DNA of 63,885 nt, the filler included, from Choristocarpus tenellus KU-1152 (lineage: Eukaryota; Protista; Phaeophyceae): the NCBI GenBank assembly GCA_964200185.2. It is 10 parts of 10 records of this genome, joined end to end, with 100 filler letters (N's around TTAATTAATTAA, not from the genome) between each part and the next. Parts side by side here need not be neighbours in the genome. Positions count along the whole stretch, not along the records: positions 21,320 to 34,445 come from CAXNAD020001580.1; positions 34,546 to 46,193 come from CAXNAD020002207.1; 8 more parts are not named here. The stretch is one strand, 5' to 3'. A program made the position numbers and the translations under genes. How positions within the stretch are numbered: the stretch's first letter is position 1; every line of letters starts with the position of its first letter. Shown here piece after piece: positions 24,814 through 37,900 of this stretch. The notes below the pieces were generated by a model, which was given only the letters and a program-made list of their open reading frames with translations, had not been told where the DNA came from and searched no databases.

Positions 24814-27800
24814 ATGGATGAGGTACTGAGTGAACCGGGACATGAAGAGTACATGAGGGAAACAGGACTGCTAGAAGATGGAAGCTATCCCCTCAGTTGC
24901 ACCTCTGCCATCGGTTCAGAGGTGACGTAACAAAAACATGATTCAAATGGTTGGAACATCACTTTGATGCTTAGACACCACTCACATTTGACACTTTGAT
25001 ACATGCTGTTTCGTAGGTCCTTGCCAAGATTGAAGAAAATTGCATAGGTCGCGAACCCAAGCTTCTCTTAGCCGAAATGGGCCTCCAGGTTCTTCCTCCA
25101 TTGCTTCTTCGAACAACACGCCTAGGACATCTTGTAACGCTGAATTTGAGAGGAAATGCCCTGCAGCTGCTCCCCAGCGAATTCTTTCTCAGACTTCCTC
25201 TTCTACAAGAGTTTCACGCCAACTCGGTGAGCAAGTTTCTTTTTTGCAGACCTACATCGCTCACAATCGATCGAATACGAAAATGGAAAGAAGACACTTC
25301 ATAGACAAACAAACAGACACAAAGTACAGTATACAACACAGCCCAGGCATGCAGAGACACCGATATTTTCTCGCTCCTTCTGTCATTGTATGGATCCATG
25401 AAAACAGAATAAGCTGGCATACCTTCCAGAGACGATTGGAGTGTTGTCCGAACTGCGGATATTACACATGAAAGATAACTGCCTTCAGACTCTGCCTGAT
25501 GGGCTATTTCGTCTCAAGAATCTTGAGGACCTTGACCTTGGGTACAATTCGCTGGTGAGATTAGCAACCTTTTCCACTCCTCAACACACATGCCACCCAC
25601 TCCTCTCATGAGAACCTCTTGTTCGCACACTACCAAAGAGTATGGTGCTTCACCAAGAAGATGATGATGATGTAGATGTGCTATATTAAGTTACAGCGAA
25701 GAGTGATACCTATTTAAGGCGGAGGGGAGTTGTTTCTACTCTCCATAATGACGCTATCACGCAACTCAGTAGATCACGGATAGAAACAAGTCCTAAAATG
25801 TTTCTTCAACATCACTATATTCCAATTTCCTGATCCATCGCTAATCTATACACACATTATCTTGCTACGTGCATAAATACTTCTTCATATGTACAGTACT
25901 TAAAAGCATCTTCTCATGCGAACATCCTCTCCTGCTGTGCACTCACAATGTTATATTACAACGCAACACTGATCCTAGGTTTATCCTAGCTACACTTCAA
26001 ATCCTGAAAAGACCCAAAGTATTTGGGGGGNNNNNNNNNNCGTCAGCGAGAGACAGCAAGAAGGGGGGGGGGGGGGGGGGGGTCTGCACCAGGGTGTCCT
26101 TTTGGGTCATAACCAGGAAAAGTGCACTTACATTATCCATCCAAAGTATGAAACTAAATCACCCAATAATCGTGACATAAAAATGTTGACCCCATATGGA
26201 CAGCCACCACCACCCCCCCCCCCAGATACTTTGACCCAAAACCAAAACTTCAGAAATGTATTACAGCCCTCACATGATAAATGAAACTATTGCGATTGAG
26301 AGGCTTGGTGAGAAAATCCGCATGTTGTTCCTCAGATCCAACATGCACAGCTTCTATCATCTTGTCCCTAACTATATACCTAAGGAAATGGTGGCGTACA
26401 TCAATATGTTTTGTCCTAAATCCATTAATTGTGTTTCCAGATAGCTTCACTGCACCCTTATTGTCATCGTACATCAAGGTGCAGCTAGTAGTCCTCTCCA
26501 GGTTACAAACTCCAATACCTGTCTAAAGAAGAGTACTTCCTTAGCTGTGGCACTTAAAGCCACATACTCAGCTTCTGTCATAGACAGAGCCACCACCTTC
26601 TGCATCCTAGAAAACCACAATAATGCTACACTACCTATGGTAATCAATCCCCCAGATACAGACCTCCTTCAGTCCAAATCAGATACAATCCGTATCAGGA
26701 AACGCCTCCGGTCGTTTTTCCGGCTTTCCGTCATTGTGATCCCAGTCCCCCTTGTGTGACTCGCTTCCCCTGAAATTTGTTTAGCAGCTTCCCAATGCCT
26801 CTGCCCTTGGTTACCGCAAAATCTAGCCACAGTCATTACCACGTTGGAATTATCAGGAAATCTGTGAGCTCGCGTAGCATTCGACTTTGTGATATCACGA
26901 GACCCCCTCCCCTGCTGTGCAGATTCATAAGATTCCTTTCCACGTACAGTCTCTTCACCTAGTGCATCGAGTGACGTTTCAGGCAAATGCATCTTGCACA
27001 TATCACCAGCACTAGTGGGAGAACACGTTGATGGGGGAAGAGAGTGCCATGTATCAGATCGTCGAATCAGCACCTGGTTCAACCTCTCATGTAAAACACG
27101 CCAAGAACCACTTGGGTGATATGCAGCCAACCTCATCAACAAGCACTTGGATCCTCGCATATCTAGTTTGTGTTTCGATTTTTCCACCCAGTGTCGAAAA
27201 TCCGTTCTTCAGAATCTGGTGGTTTCCACATTTCGCAGGTTGACATGTAGGTCAATGCAAGCACTCCTCCCCTATGTCAGTGTCTCCCGCCAACATTCGT
27301 ACCATGCAAAGCACGTTCTTGAGTGCTTTCACTTCCATCAATACCACCACTGTTCACACCATTGCCAGCACCTCCATCTGGAGTATGACCGTGATCTCCT
27401 GGGCCCCTATGTCGTTCACAGCATGTTGCTGCTAAATGCCCCATATTCCCACAGATGTCACATTCCTTGTGCCTGGTGGGACATTTATTGCTGTAGTGTC
27501 CCTTTTTGCCACAGGCTTAACATTATATCCACTCCAACCGTTATGCCACATTCTGCTTCCTGACCTCCAAAGCTGCTGTTGTCCTCCTCTGATGGATAGC
27601 TATCTCTGTTTTCAACTGGCGAAATCTGTTCGCAAGCCCCTGTTCCAACTCTGTCCTTGTTAGAGTAGTGGCCCTCATGAACAATGTTCAACCTTCCAGC
27701 TCATACTCTTCTGGTAATCCTCCCAGAATGGTGATGTTCAGTTTCTCATCGCTGATCATTGCCCCAATGAACTCAGCCTCTTTCTTACCCAGGCCACGTG

Positions 27801-30307
27801 CATTCAAGATATATGGTTCCAGTTCCTCCCCAGGTCCAAGCCTGATGGTCCGAAACTCATTGCAAACCCAAAGTCTCTTGTTCAAGGTATGACGTTCATA
27901 ATATTCACACGAGGCACCTATGTCAGTTCTTGGTCCCTCGTGCTCAATCACGATCTCCAGTGCCATGTTTTTACAACCATGGAGAAGGGTCATCCCTCTC
28001 CTGTATTATATATCACAATCATCCTTGCTCCCTCGATCTGTTCCTTCCTGCAGATGGTCCAGTTCCCTGCTGAACGTATGAGGTGTCCTTGTCACCACTA
28101 TAAAAGCTCAGAAACGAGTTCTCCATTCAATCCACTCTTTGGTCTCACCATTCCACCCAGGTAACTCCAATCTGTACGTTGCATCCCTGCTCCTCTGGAG
28201 GAATTGTGATTGCGCCTGCTGCTCCCCTTGTTCTGGACGTCCTATCACAGCCTGCTCTCCTTCCTGGGCCAACGCAGCCTCCACATCCTAGCTATGCCCA
28301 AGACTAAACGCTCCTCTAGCTGCGCCTCGACGGTCAATGGAACGGCCGCCTCGATTTCTGCCGCCATGTCTGTCACTCTCTGAAGCCATGACGTCCCTAT
28401 ACATACATACATCATGAAAAACGAACAGCATGAATCGTAAAATGTAACAAATTCTACTTAGTAATTCATTAACTATTGTTCATCCCATATGTAAGGAGGA
28501 TATTTCATCTGCAGTGGGGAATCTTTGCCAGTTGAAGAGGCTGAGCATCGTGAACAACAACATCATGGAGGTGCCAGAGGAGGTGAAATTGTAGGTGTTG
28601 CTGCCCACTCAATCTACTGTGTTACTGCATGCTATTCTTGCTCATGCCAACCGATTTATTTAGTCTACTACTACTACTACACCTTTTCTGTTCGACTGTC
28701 TCTCCCCAATGTCAAAATGAGGCAGTGATTAAGGCTCCTATCAAACTTCTCACAAAACACCCTCAGACTCGGGTTCCATAAATCATTAACTCAATTGCAA
28801 CAGTACTCCCGATAACTCTGATTTGTATCACCTTCAGGTTACACAACTAAAGATGCTGGAGTATTTTGATGTAGGGGGCAACCCTGTTCAACGCCTACCT
28901 TTGCCAATCCAGCAACTGCACACTAAGGTTAGCCTTAATAACACACATTGGGTCTTGCCGTAGTTACTGTACAGGGCATAGCCGATGCCATGTTGCCAGC
29001 TGTTTCAATAAGGGTGAAGATCAAAATCCAGGAGTATTGCTTTAATTCCATTGGTTCATATATCATCCTCACAGCATACAGAAAAACATCTATAGCTGAA
29101 AGGATTGACACCTTTCCTCTATTTCCTTATGAAGAATTGCGGGGGCAACATTATTCAGAGGAGGAATGAATGCAATATGAGCATACCACTTACGCTCTGT
29201 TACTTCTTCAGCATGCACTTTCAAGTGATCGATATAACATATACCTGAACAATGTGGAAGGGAAATTGCATATTGCTCAAACCATTAGAGAACAAAGCAC
29301 CAAAGATGATATGGTGGGAACGATCAGAAAGCAAGGGATAACAATACATTAAAAGCTCATTGGCTATTTTTCCTTGGGGGACAGTGGACCAGGTGACTCT
29401 CTCTTAGGCAAGAACAAGGCAAGCAAATCAACTCCCTTTGTTGTAGTTAATTTTCCTCAGTTGGATAGGATATGGTTTCACCACGACAGCCCAAGACCCA
29501 AAGCATTTAAGAGGGTAGGGTTGCGTTCATTCAGTCGTAAATCCAGTGTTGCGATTTTGATGGATTTTGGTTATCGTGTTTGTTAGCAAGTGTCAATATC
29601 CTTGCTCTGGACAAATCTTTCATAGTCCTATACATTTTACCTACTCCGAAATCCGAAATTTTCACACAGAAACCGAAAAGGGACTAAAAAAAACGTGAGA
29701 AGCCAAACCCTGAACAGGCAAACAGGCAAACAGGGCAAAACTCCTACACTCTTAAATATACTTTGTGTCCAACCTTGGATGTAACGGTGTAATGCCCACC
29801 TCTGGTTGGACAAAACTATCAGGACTGCACCATGACCCTAGGAATCCATCCCCCTGCTGGAGGAATCACCGCTCTTGATTTAGGGAGTCGCTCCTCTTTT
29901 TTTTCCAACTGAGGCCTGAATTTAATGGTGTACTACAGGGATTGTTCAAATTATATTAAAAATAGAGAAAATTGTAGAGAAATTATTAACTATTTGTTGT
30001 TGTTTAATGAAAAACACTTGCGAATGACACAGTTTGGGGACTCTTCAACAAAGTAAGGGACCTTTTTGCACAATAGCCACAACAGTGAAAAAAAATTAAC
30101 TCAGGGTTGTAGCCACCATTGAAACATCCCTGATCACACGACAGGTTGACTACTGTTGTCTATTTTTCAATAATACAGGGCGAGTTGTTGCGTTCAAAGG
30201 AGAGGCGAAGGCGACTCGTGGGGAGGGCTCTAAATGTTCGCTTGTCTGTGAGAAAGGCCTACCACGAACAAATCTTGAGCTCAGGTTCACCAGGAAATCT
30301 GTTCTAA
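24814..30307 (+). CDS. Leucine-rich-repeat protein (~256 aa); exons 24814-24921, 25017-25226, 25408-25554, 28496-28582, 28838-28927, 30179-30307
   Basis: All five introns are GT..AG and phase 0. Repeats: LVTLNLRGNALQLLP, LQEFHANSNKLAYLPETIG, LRILHMKDNCLQTLPDGLF, LEDLDLGYNSLEDISSAVG, LKRLSIVNNNIMEVPEEVT, LEYFDVGGNPVQRLP. The first and last exons are less certain. Confidence 0.85.
25920..28400 (-). mobile_element. Decayed, internally deleted Ty1/Copia retrotransposon in intron 3 of the LRR gene
   Basis: RNase H YDDNKGAVKL...RTKHIDVRHHFLR...SEEQHADFLTKPL; RT tail WEAAKQI; gag remnant ILGGLPEEYE; many stops and frameshifts. Confidence 0.85.
26011..26237. mobile_element. MITE family A (~180-190 bp, poly-G/poly-C TIRs), TSD AAAA, inserted in a Copia remnant; contains a 10-N gap
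   Basis: aaaa|GACCCAAAGTATTTGGGGGG...CCCCCAGATACTTTGACCC|aaaa. Confidence 0.88.
29495..29769. mobile_element. MITE family B, diverged, in the last intron of the LRR gene; possible 3-bp TSD CAA
   Basis: GACCCAAAGCATTTAAGAGGGTAG...AAATCCAGTGTTGCGATTTTGATG...CAGGGCAAAACTCCTACACTCTTAAATATACTTTGTGTC. Confidence 0.8.
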
Positions 30308-30559
30308 TCATTGTCCGTATGGACTCTGTCAATCTGCAGGTTAACTGGTCCAGGGGAGTAGTTGGTATGGAGAGGGAAAATAGAGCCAAATATATACCTC
30401 TGGTCATTTTTTTCCAGAAGGATGTGCATACTACTTGCTTTGTACCTCAGAGCACTACTTGCTGTGTCAGTATCTCCAAGAATATGTGGGACTTTGCCTA
30501 GAAAAATATTGAATGGGGGCCCTCAGACCCCAGGAATAAAACTGTGACTATCTTTCTGC

Positions 30560-31750
30560 ACTCCAAACATAAAATGTGCATTGCCCAAAGCACGTTTGGT
30601 TCTGTATGTAAGGCTTGCTAAACATTTGTATTACCCAAACACCATACCATTGCACGGTATTTTGCTGCACTTTACAAGAGCTCAATAAATGGAAGAAGTT
30701 AACAATAGCTGGTCTGCTTCAGCTTTCCTCACAAAGCTAATCTCGACACAATATGCTACCCCTACTACAAAGTGTAGTGGTTGTACATGGGTGTTTTAGG
30801 TGCACTGTCTTGAGTCTAGTTTCTCAAAGCACTTTGCGTTACTCAGGGCCAACGCTTGTGCTAGTCTGTTGTTCCCTCCATTATGTCTGTGACAGGATTG
30901 CACTTGGTACTCACCAGTATCGATTCACCGAAACAGGTTGTTCCTGAGGTCATTGCTTCTTCTCATCAATCTGCATGAACAGAGCTCTCAGCTGAGGAGG
31001 AAGTGGTTCCATTATAGTGTTGGGAATTGAAAGAATCTATGGGTACACATGTTATATTGGTGTGGAAAAAATCGATATAACCAATTTTAGTTGTGTACAA
31101 GGCAAAGAATACAATATGTTTTAAATGTTTTTACAGCTCTCTTTCTATACTTGCGTGTATGTGGCTACACAACCTTGCTACTGTATCTACTATATGTAGT
31201 TTTTAGGTGGTACCCGCTTTTTTGTCTATTCTTAGTAGCCTCCGATGCATCCACCTCCGTCCAGGTCTTGAGCAGGAAGAGGAGGGGCAGCACATTATTT
31301 TGGTCCCCGCCTGTTCTGTTTGTAGGTTCGAATATTCCCAGGTGTTGAGAAAATGCACTCTGAGTCTACTTGTGTGGCAAGAATGGCCAAAATGCAGCAA
31401 GAACATTTGGGCAGACACAGAAATAGTAAACTCCTTTCCTATCATCATTTGTGGAGGTTGTTGTATGCTTCACTCTGAGGACCAAATTCTGCGAGCTCTG
31501 TTGCAGCCCCAAATTCTCAACCTCCACACATGCTCCGTGTCATGTGTTCCACCATTCTGCCTCGAAGCTCTTATGAACCTCCCCTATTTTTTGTGGGAGG
31601 GCTACTCCCTCTCGAGCTTGATGGTGAGTTAGTGTTGGCTATGCTTCACAATGAGCCTAGTCTCTGCTCACTGTGCTCTGCGCTCCTCCTTGAGGATTCC
31701 CAGAATTTTGAACTCTCCCCTCAAAATGCCTTCATGCTCGTTCTCTGAAA
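30560..31750 (-). pseudogene. Very old Copia-like protease/integrase remnant (tentative)
   Basis: Faint motif DTGEY..HNGGNNR, resembling DNGGEY..QNG.AER; no open frame. Confidence 0.25.
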
Positions 31751-31756
31751 TCTCAT

Positions 31757-31942
31757 GCCCAAAAGTATCTTGGGGGGGAGGGGGGGGGAGGTCTACACCA
31801 AGGTGTCCATTTGGGGAAAATCAGGAAAAGCGCATTTACATTATCCATCCGACGTATGCTACCAAATCACACAAAAGTCGCGACATGAAAAAATTGGCCC
31901 CAAATGGACAACCGCCTCCACCTCCCCAAGGTACTTTGAGCC
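31757..31942. mobile_element. MITE family A, full length
   Basis: GCCCAAAAGTATCTTGGGGGG..GGTCTACACCAAGGTGTCCATTTGGGG...CCCAAATGGACAACCGCC..CCCCAAGGTACTTTGAGCC. Confidence 0.88.
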
Positions 31943-31963
31943 AGATTTTATTTTTATGATCAC

Positions 31964-32710
31964 TAGGGTTAGGGTTAGGTTTAGATTAGCATAATGAAGG
32001 TCGAGCGTGTCACAGGGACGGATATTGGACAATAGTGTTGGTTGGTGGTTTGTGTCATGGTTTGTATATGGGCCTAGGGCAAGGGTCGGAGTAAGGGTTA
32101 GGGGAAGTTAGGCTGGGGGGGTGCAACCCATGCCCTTCGCAAAGTTAATGTAAAGCGTGAGATGTTCGTGTGATGCAGAGGTTGCCTTTTAAATATTCCA
32201 AATTGACAGCATTAGGGAAATGATGAACGAATGAGTTGCCCCGTGTACAAAAATGAAGGCTTGCAATGTGATTGCAGTTTGTGTAATGGTTTTAGAACAA
32301 AAAATGATATACAGTGTAAGTAGAGTTTGAGGTTAGGTTTAGGAATCGCGCTTAAGGATTGGGGTAGAAATTGACCCATGTCCACATTGTAGTGTAAAGA
32401 GTGGATTTGGTGAGAAGACATGTTCACGTATTATCCACTAGTGGTTATGGTAGCAAGGTTGGTGTATGTACGCACTGTGATTGCTTTGTGACCTTAGGGT
32501 TAGGAAAGTGAAGCCGATATTTACCTGGAACCCTGGGTTTACGACATAGTTAGAGGTAGTTGTCAGTTACGTTCGAAGAAGAGCTTGTATAAACAGAGTT
32601 GTGGAGGAGTTGAAGTATGGTGTTAGGTTTGGTGATTGCAGGAAGGTTAAGTATGGGGAGTGTTGGTTTACGAAATTGAGAATAATAAGTGACCGTACAT
32701 TAGGGAAGGT
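31964..32710 (+). repeat. Degenerate telomere-like (TTAGGG) tract
   Basis: tagggttagggttaggtttagattag, taagggttagggg, gaggttaggtttagg, ttagggttagga, ttagggaagg. Confidence 0.65.
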
Positions 32711-32734
32711 GTCAAAGGCATACATTGTCAAAGT

Positions 32735-33180
32735 GACTCAAAGCATCTGGGAGGGGGTGGCGGCTGTCCATTTGGGGTCAATTGAGTCAAAGTATCTTAG
32801 AGGGTAGAATCACGTCCATTCGGGGGCCAAAATCCAGCGTTGCAATTTGATGTAATTTTGACTATCATGTTTGTTAGGAGATGTCTATATCCTTGTTTCG
32901 GACACTCCTTTTAATAACTTAAACATTTTACCTATTTCAAAATATTTTGGAGTAGGCAAAATGTCATGAAAAAACCGTGGGAAGTCAAGCCCCAAATAGA
33001 CAAACAGGGAAAAACTCGTACTCTCTAAGATACTTCCACTCAATTTATTTATCTTGCGATTTTTTTGTGATTTGGTTGCATACGTCGGATGGATAATGTA
33101 AGTAAGTGTACTTTTCCTGGTTATGACCCAAATGGACACCCTGGTGCAGACCCCCTCCCCCCCCCCAGATACTTTGGGTC
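32735..33180. mobile_element. MITE family A, split by a nested family-B copy
   Basis: GACTCAAAGCATCTGGGAGGGGGTGGCGGCTGTCCATTTGGGGTC [B] ...CCAAATGGACACCCTGGTGCAGACCCCC..CAGATACTTTGGGTC. Confidence 0.88.
32784..33041. mobile_element. MITE family B nested inside a family-A MITE (32735-33180), 4-bp TSD AATT
   Basis: ggggtc-aatt|GAGTCAAAGTATCTTAGAGGGTAG...TACTCTCTAAGATACTTCCACTC|aatt-tatttatc. Removing the element and one TSD restores the family-A consensus length. Confidence 0.92.
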
Positions 33181-34061
33181 GGTGCTTGGAAACTTGTCTC
33201 AATGAAACGAAAAGAGTGGGTTATAAAAAGTAATATTTTGGCAGTTGCTTGCATTGGCTTTGACAAACTTTACTTTAGTCAGATAAACAATAACCTCAAG
33301 TATCGTATCTCATGTGAACTGACACATCTGACTGCTCCAAATGAAAAACATAAAGATCCAACACTGTGAAAAGGAATAAACCGTCAGATCCAAACCACAT
33401 GAACACACATGAGTTGGAGACCACCCAAATAACATTTAGGCCCTCTAACTGAACAAAATTAAAACTACCCATACTACAACCTAAATCGGAAACGATGAAG
33501 ACTTTACTTCAATTCATGGTTATGTTGGTATCGGCATTCATCGCCCTTCTCCCACCAGTCTACGAGTTTGAGGTAGGCCGCAGTCAGTTGGTGCCATAAG
33601 TTAAGCATAGTGGAATATTTGGTGTTCCATTTTTCTGCCTTGACGAGGCTAAGAAAAATGGTCCTCTTAGCACCAAGGGCTTCGACATCCTCCACACGCA
33701 AAGTCCTCTTGACTTTCCCCACACCACCACCCAGCGTATTGAGGATTTCCTCGTGTACGTAGCAGTTGTCTCCCTGTATAATATTCTTGGTCGTCCTGCC
33801 GGCCCTCATATGCCCAAACCCGTGATCGTGTATGACCTGCCCAAGAATCTGCGTTTGTACCCGGTCCATTGCAGATGTCAGCTTGGTCGCCGAACTGAGG
33901 AGTTCTGCCATACAGGCTTCCATGTGAAACCTTCTGTCATGCCCTCCACGATTGGACCTCCGGAGTGGACCAATTGTGGTCTGGCGCAGGGGTCACCACC
34001 ACCTGTGGAACAGTTCCCCTCTTTCTCCTGGAGTGCGTCACCTACTCCCTCTGTCACGGGT

Positions 34062-34063
<2 letters not shown>

Positions 34064-34093
<30 letters not shown>
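34064..34093 (+). repeat. (CT)n microsatellite; others include (CA)n ~9023-9043, (ATT)n ~52378-52410 and (CA)n ~54744-54761
   Basis: Read directly from the sequence. Confidence 0.9.
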
Positions 34094-34096
<3 letters not shown>

Positions 34097-34989
34097 CCAC
34101 AGGATTATCTGTCAAGGCTGGGTTAGACTCCACCCTCGGGCAAGCAGAAGCAAAATGTTGGCTAGTAAAGAAGTTGGCTGTCCGTCCTGTCTGTTTTTGC
34201 CACAAAGCTTCTCTACAGGTGTCACCCCTTCAAGGACTACTGCGGACTTCTTCTTCTTCTTGGCATAGGGGTCAAAGTATCTAGGGGGGGGGGGTGGTTT
34301 GTGAGGGGGCGTCCATTTCGGTCAAACAACCTTTTTTTGCTGACATTTCAAATCCGACACGTGCGACCAAATCACACCAAAAAGTGAAAATCGCAAGAAG
34401 AGTGAAAAACGGACACCGACACACAACACAGCCCTAGGTATTAGTNNNNNNNNNNNNNNNNNNNNNNNNNNNNNNNNNNNNNNNNNNNNTTAATTAATTA
34501 ANNNNNNNNNNNNNNNNNNNNNNNNNNNNNNNNNNNNNNNNNNNNCCTCCAGGTGAGTGTGTACCACCTCCCATACTGTCTTGGGACTGCGGCCGACCCC
34601 GTGCTTAACTGAACGCCTCGGACTTGCACTCCTTTCATACCTGGCAGTGGAGCTCTGAGGTGACTGTGGTATCTACCGTTGAACTATCCTTGACGATCTG
34701 TTGTCCCACTCAACCAGTTATATTGTTAATTAGCTTGTATCACAGTTGAGAAGAGAGTGAGATATCATCACTAGCTTCGACTCACCAATCCTTACATTGA
34801 ATGACTCAGAATACCAAATGACTCAAGAGTTCTCTAGTACACGTCAGAAACATTACGACTCTAATAGTCCACCATTACTTCTGGTCAAATACCCCGCCTA
34901 AATATCCCGAATGTCCCGCATTATCTTCTGTGCGTACATAAAATAATAATTCAAATCATATTCTCACAAATGGTCAAGCATAATCTTGA

Positions 34990-37900
34990 CACACTCCACT
35001 GCTCTGACTATGCAGTGAGAATCAAATCAGTACAACAATTAATACCAACTTGAAATCAACTCAACCTACACACTTCAAATCTTAAGCCCACACATGGACA
35101 AGCAAAATCTTGACACACTTCCCTGCTCTGTCCGTACATCATGAATCCAATGAACTCAATCTGCACACTATACCCCTTAATCACAGTGCATGATAGTTCT
35201 AGTGTGAAACTCACACACATTACCACTCAGAGCCTTCGTGAACAAATCTCCATGTTGTTCACCGGAGTTTACATACACAATCTGTGCCTTTCCCTCCTTC
35301 ACCAAGTTTCTAAAATAATGATATATAATATCTATATGTTTTGTCCTACCCCCAGAAGCCATCTTCTCAGCCAACTTGATTGCCCCACTATTGTCTTCAA
35401 ACAATCGTACACAATACTCGTCGTGCATAGTTGGCTCCAAAAAATATTGACTTGCTGCAAAAGCATAACCTCCTAGGCCAAATCACACAACGACACATAC
35501 TCAGCCTCAGTGGTAGATAAAGCAACAGTTTTCTGCATTTTTGACCACCAGCTCACACATGCACCCCCAAATAGTACCACGCCACCAGANNNNNNNNNGG
35601 CGTAGTCAGCATCTGCATAGCCAATGAGTTGGTCCCTAGGTACATTCCCGTAAAACTGAAATCACCATAGGTCAATCCTCTCTTACTTGTCCTCAAGAAA
35701 TACCCAATAGCTCTCTCAGCCCCCTTCCAATCCATCACCGTAGAAGTTACACACTTCATCGCTAGGCTCCTTACTGCAGATGATACATCGGGTCTGGTCA
35801 TAATGGAAGCCCACATCAAGCCCCTATCCATTGCACGATAACCATCTCTAACTGGTCCCTCCTCAAAAAACTCTTTGGTGGCAACAGCAGGAAGGTCACA
35901 GCCAGTCGTGATCCCACATTTTGCCGCCAAGTTTTCAACATATACCTGCTGGTCTACATGGAAACTGTCCCTAGTCCACAATCCCTGTTTATGCGGCATC
36001 CCATAAACTGTCCCTTCTCCCCAAGGTACTCCACTGTGAATTTCTTTGGTTAGACCTCTTGCTGGCCATAAGCATGTCATCTACATGAATGAGCATGATC
36101 AATACCAGTTCCCCATCCAACATCCATCTAAACACACAAAGATCAGCCTCGCACACATTGTTCCTGTCCCAGCTCCAGTGATGACGCCACAAGTAAAAAG
36201 CATTCCAATTACATGATGCTTGTACAATCCCATAACAGTGATTTCTGTAGCTTCCCAACCGTCCTATCAAATTCAGCCACCACCCCCTCTGGCAGCTCCA
36301 CATACCAGTCTTCCTCCAGCTCTGCATTAGCGAAAGCCCCCACTGCATCTGCCATACTCAGGTCCCATCCCAACCGTGCTGTCAAAGTCAAAATCATCCG
36401 CATGCTTGACATTTATTTGTGCTGTTGGTGCGAATTTTTCATGCCAGTCAATTCCAGGCTGTTGTTCAAATCCTTGTACCACCAATCTTGCTTTCTTTCC
36501 ATCGCTCCACCAATCCATCCCCACTGCATTCACCTTTGTTGAAGAAATGAATTTCATTTTCAAGACATTTGCCTCAGTTGGTCTGGGAACCTGAACCCAC
36601 GTGCCATGAGCAATTAATCCATCAATCTCAGCATAGATAGCCTCAAGCCACTCCTTGGACTCTCGAGACTCAAGCACTTCCTTCACAGTGAGAGGTACTG
36701 AAGGCAAACTCACTACCCGGAGTATCCATCCCCTAGCCAGCCCAGTCTCAATTCATCACCAATGATCTCCTCCACCTTGTGTCTGACCGCATAGGACGTT
36801 CGTCTAATGGTTCTCTTCCGTGCCAGAGGAGATGGTGATGGCCCCACATAATACTCCCGGAGCCGAGAGAACATCCTGGGTTGAGAGGGTTGTGACTGTC
36901 CTCCTGAACCGAGCCTCCCACTCCCCTGCTGTGGAGGTGACAAAATCCTGTCCCCATTGACTTGTACAGAAATCCTCAGTCCAGACCTCAACTGTTCAGG
37001 AGTAACCGGCTCCATTGCGCTATTTCAGTAGTTCCAGACACCAAATCCAGGTGTCATTTCCCTACTCGTGATCGCTGGAGAAAATTCTTCCCCCCTCCAC
37101 AGTGGTAACCCTGAGGATTGATGTCGGATGTCATCATGCATGTTACTATCCCACATGGACTCCCAACTAATATCCCTTCGCATCACGAGTTCCCCTGAAC
37201 GTGGCAGCAGAATTCGGTAAGTGTGGGAAGGGTATTAGTTAAGTGGTACAACACCCATCATAAAACAAGGTTCAGCACGTGGTGAAGACTTTGTGGGTCG
37301 AATGTCTATGCGAGCATATCCACGGCTACCTCAAATTGGAAGTTGTGTCACATCTGCAGGACGTCCGTACCATAGTTCCCATGGAGTTACCCAGTCAGTA
37401 TTAGCAGATGTAGGTGTCATGTTGGTAAGATCATTTGCGTGTGACATCACCTCCGCCCACAAGATTCCATCATTTTCCAATCTCTCGCCATGTCGCAGTA
37501 CAAGTGACTTTTCCTACACCAAGGTAATTCTCCTTTCAACCACCCCATTGCACTGAGGCGCTCCAGGCACAGTGTGCTCGTGTCGAATACCGTACTTTTC
37601 CAGCATCGACTCAAAAGCAGTCCCAGTAACTTCCGTCACACAGTCCGTCCGCACAGCTTTGATCTCTATCTCAGTGCGTCTCGCCATGTCTGTCAGGAAT
37701 CTCTCAAATGCAGACGCTGTCGTTTGATCACTTTTGGTCCTCAAGTACTACCAGAAACTCATTCGAGTGCAGTCATCCACCACGAATATAGCATAGTAAT
37801 GTCCCTTCCCCTTACTTGGATGTTCTTTTGATCCCGTCAAGTCCACATACACACGCCCCCCCCCCTTTTCCGAGGCCCAATTCTCAGTCTCCTTTGGTAT

